Below are positions 62,283 to 64,000 of a DNA stretch of 64,000 bases, in pieces (position 1 is the stretch's first letter; each line of letters begins with the position of its first letter). The DNA is from Octopus sinensis (Eukaryota), in NCBI RefSeq assembly GCF_006345805.1, contig NC_043005.1, positions 54,002,001 to 54,066,000 on the forward strand, in the 5' to 3' direction. The notes under the pieces are model-generated. The model saw only the letters and a list, made by a program, of their open reading frames with translations, did not search any database and had not been told where the DNA came from. Position numbers and translations under genes: made by a program.

Positions 62283-62874
62283 ATTATATATATATATAAT
62301 ATATATACATGTATATATATATATATATGTTCATGCATACAGATGTATACATACATATACATGCATACAAACAGATATCATGCACATATATATATATGTA
62401 TGTTTACATTTGTGTGTATATATATATAATATATATATACATACATATGCATATATACATGTATATACGTATGTAGACAAACATGAAGTTGTTGATTAAT
62501 AAAAAAAAAAAGCAGACAATATTTCTAGCTTTCCTTACATTGATAATGGCAAATATTAAACTACAAAAATATGAAAAAAGAAAAAAAGAAATAAATAGAT
62601 AGCATTTACCAGAATATTGCAGATCATCAATCAAGCATAGAAGCAATATCATTTTAATCTCCAATATGAACATGAGCAATTTTAAATTGATATATTTACT
62701 ATTTAAAATAAATGGAAAAAAAACACGCAAATGAAAAAAGATTGCCTAGCGTGGTTTCAATACGTATATTCGTGTATATCTCTCTATCTATCAATTTCTC
62801 TCTCTCTCTCTACACACACATATATATCATGTGGATTGCATGCATATATCTACTTATGTATACGTATGTATGTG

Positions 62875-62912
<38 letters not shown>

Positions 62913-63223
62913 GTGATATATATATTCATGTATGTTTGTGTACATGTATATATATATATGTGTGTGTGCATATGCATGTGTGTATGTGTGTGTTTCTGTG
63001 TATATGTGTGTGGTTATATAGATAGACATAGATATAGACAGACAGAGATAGCTAGACAGATCTTGATATATATATATATATATCTTTACACACACACACA
63101 CACATAATATGTGTATATATATATATATATACAATCATATACATATATATATATATATACAAACATATACATATATATATATATATATACAAACATATAC
63201 ATATATATATATATAAACATATA

Positions 63224-63274
<51 letters not shown>

Positions 63275-63335
63275 TGCAGACATATATGCACACAAAAATA
63301 CATAAATACACAAACATGCATGTGTGCACATGCGC
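61900..63335. repeat. Microsatellite-dense zone (AT/GT/CA/AG)
   Basis: Direct reading; includes a short internal duplication at about 62092 and 62205. Confidence 0.85.
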
Positions 63336-63824
63336 ATATATTTACAATGAACAAATTCTATTAAATTGTCTTTATGAAATATTTTTTTAACGATATTTCT
63401 CATCTGCAGCCGATTTTGTTCCTTTCTTGTAATTCTTTTAATATTTTTTTTTTTTTTCAAGAGGATATTTTTTCTATATTCCATTCTTAAAGTTTCCCAC
63501 TTATCTTGTCTGCATGCTGAACTATGCTACAATGAGTGAATGAGCACTGGAAGAATTTAAAGCAAAAATACACACAAAAAAAAGAAACAACTATAAAACC
63601 AACAGTAGCATCTCCTTAACCATAACAACTACCACCACCACCACCAACACCAACAACAAAAAACATACTTCAAACATATCCACATTGCATGAAACTGAGG
63701 AGAAGCAAATGGCTTACAGTCAAATTTAACCCTAGTATGTCTCAGATAGTTGTTTCAACACGAAAAGAGGAAAATCTAAGTCGTCCTCAGGATTGACTTA
63801 AAATCAGAATTTTAAGAGATGTAA

Positions 63825-63945
63825 ATAATGATGATGGTGGTGGTGGTGGTAGTGGTGGAAGTCGTAGTAGTAGCAGCAGCAGCAGCAGAAGTAGTAGTAG
63901 TAGTAGTCATAATAATAATAACAACAATATTAATAATAGTAATAA
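63825..63945. repeat. Compound trinucleotide array (GAT/GGT/AGT/GCA/AAT)n
   Basis: Direct reading. Confidence 0.9.
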
Positions 63946-64000
63946 AGGAGCTTTTGTGGTAGCAAACCATGAGACGTGGTTGGAATTCCTCCAATAATAA

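Noticed and set aside
62530-62695. Two adjacent minus-strand splice-bounded segments
   Set aside because: Joining them gives an immediate stop, and the intron would be only about 49 nt.

Overview
This is strongly AT-rich, repeat-dominated metazoan genomic DNA. The SINE, LINE and microsatellite repertoire points to an octopus (coleoid cephalopod); that is an inference from repeat families, not a database match. No intact protein-coding gene can be demonstrated. Most ORFs in the supplied track are translations of (AT)n/(GT)n/(ATAC)n microsatellites or of SINEs. Well-supported content: one tRNA-Lys(CTT)-like gene; dozens of tRNA-derived SINE copies from at least 4 families (labelled A, B, C/E and D here); decayed RLE-type (R4/Dong-like) and RTE-clade LINEs; two DD37D (maT-like) transposon relics; a mariner relic; hAT and Helitron fragments; mariner-like and piggyBac-like MITEs; and Penelope-like termini. 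A few splice-bounded candidate exons remain unverified. The most interesting observations are: (1) a tRNA-Lys plus SINE dimer enclosed by one 14-bp direct repeat, which looks like a co-retrotransposed chimera; (2) several minimal hammerhead-ribozyme-like motifs in Penelope-like termini, including a CUGUAGA core variant; (3) a 164-bp spacer-less palindrome next to a Helitron fragment; (4) a VNTR-bearing retroposon family; (5) closely spaced inverted SINE pairs that could form ADAR substrates. Repeat boundaries were read by eye and are approximate unless a TSD or TIR is quoted.
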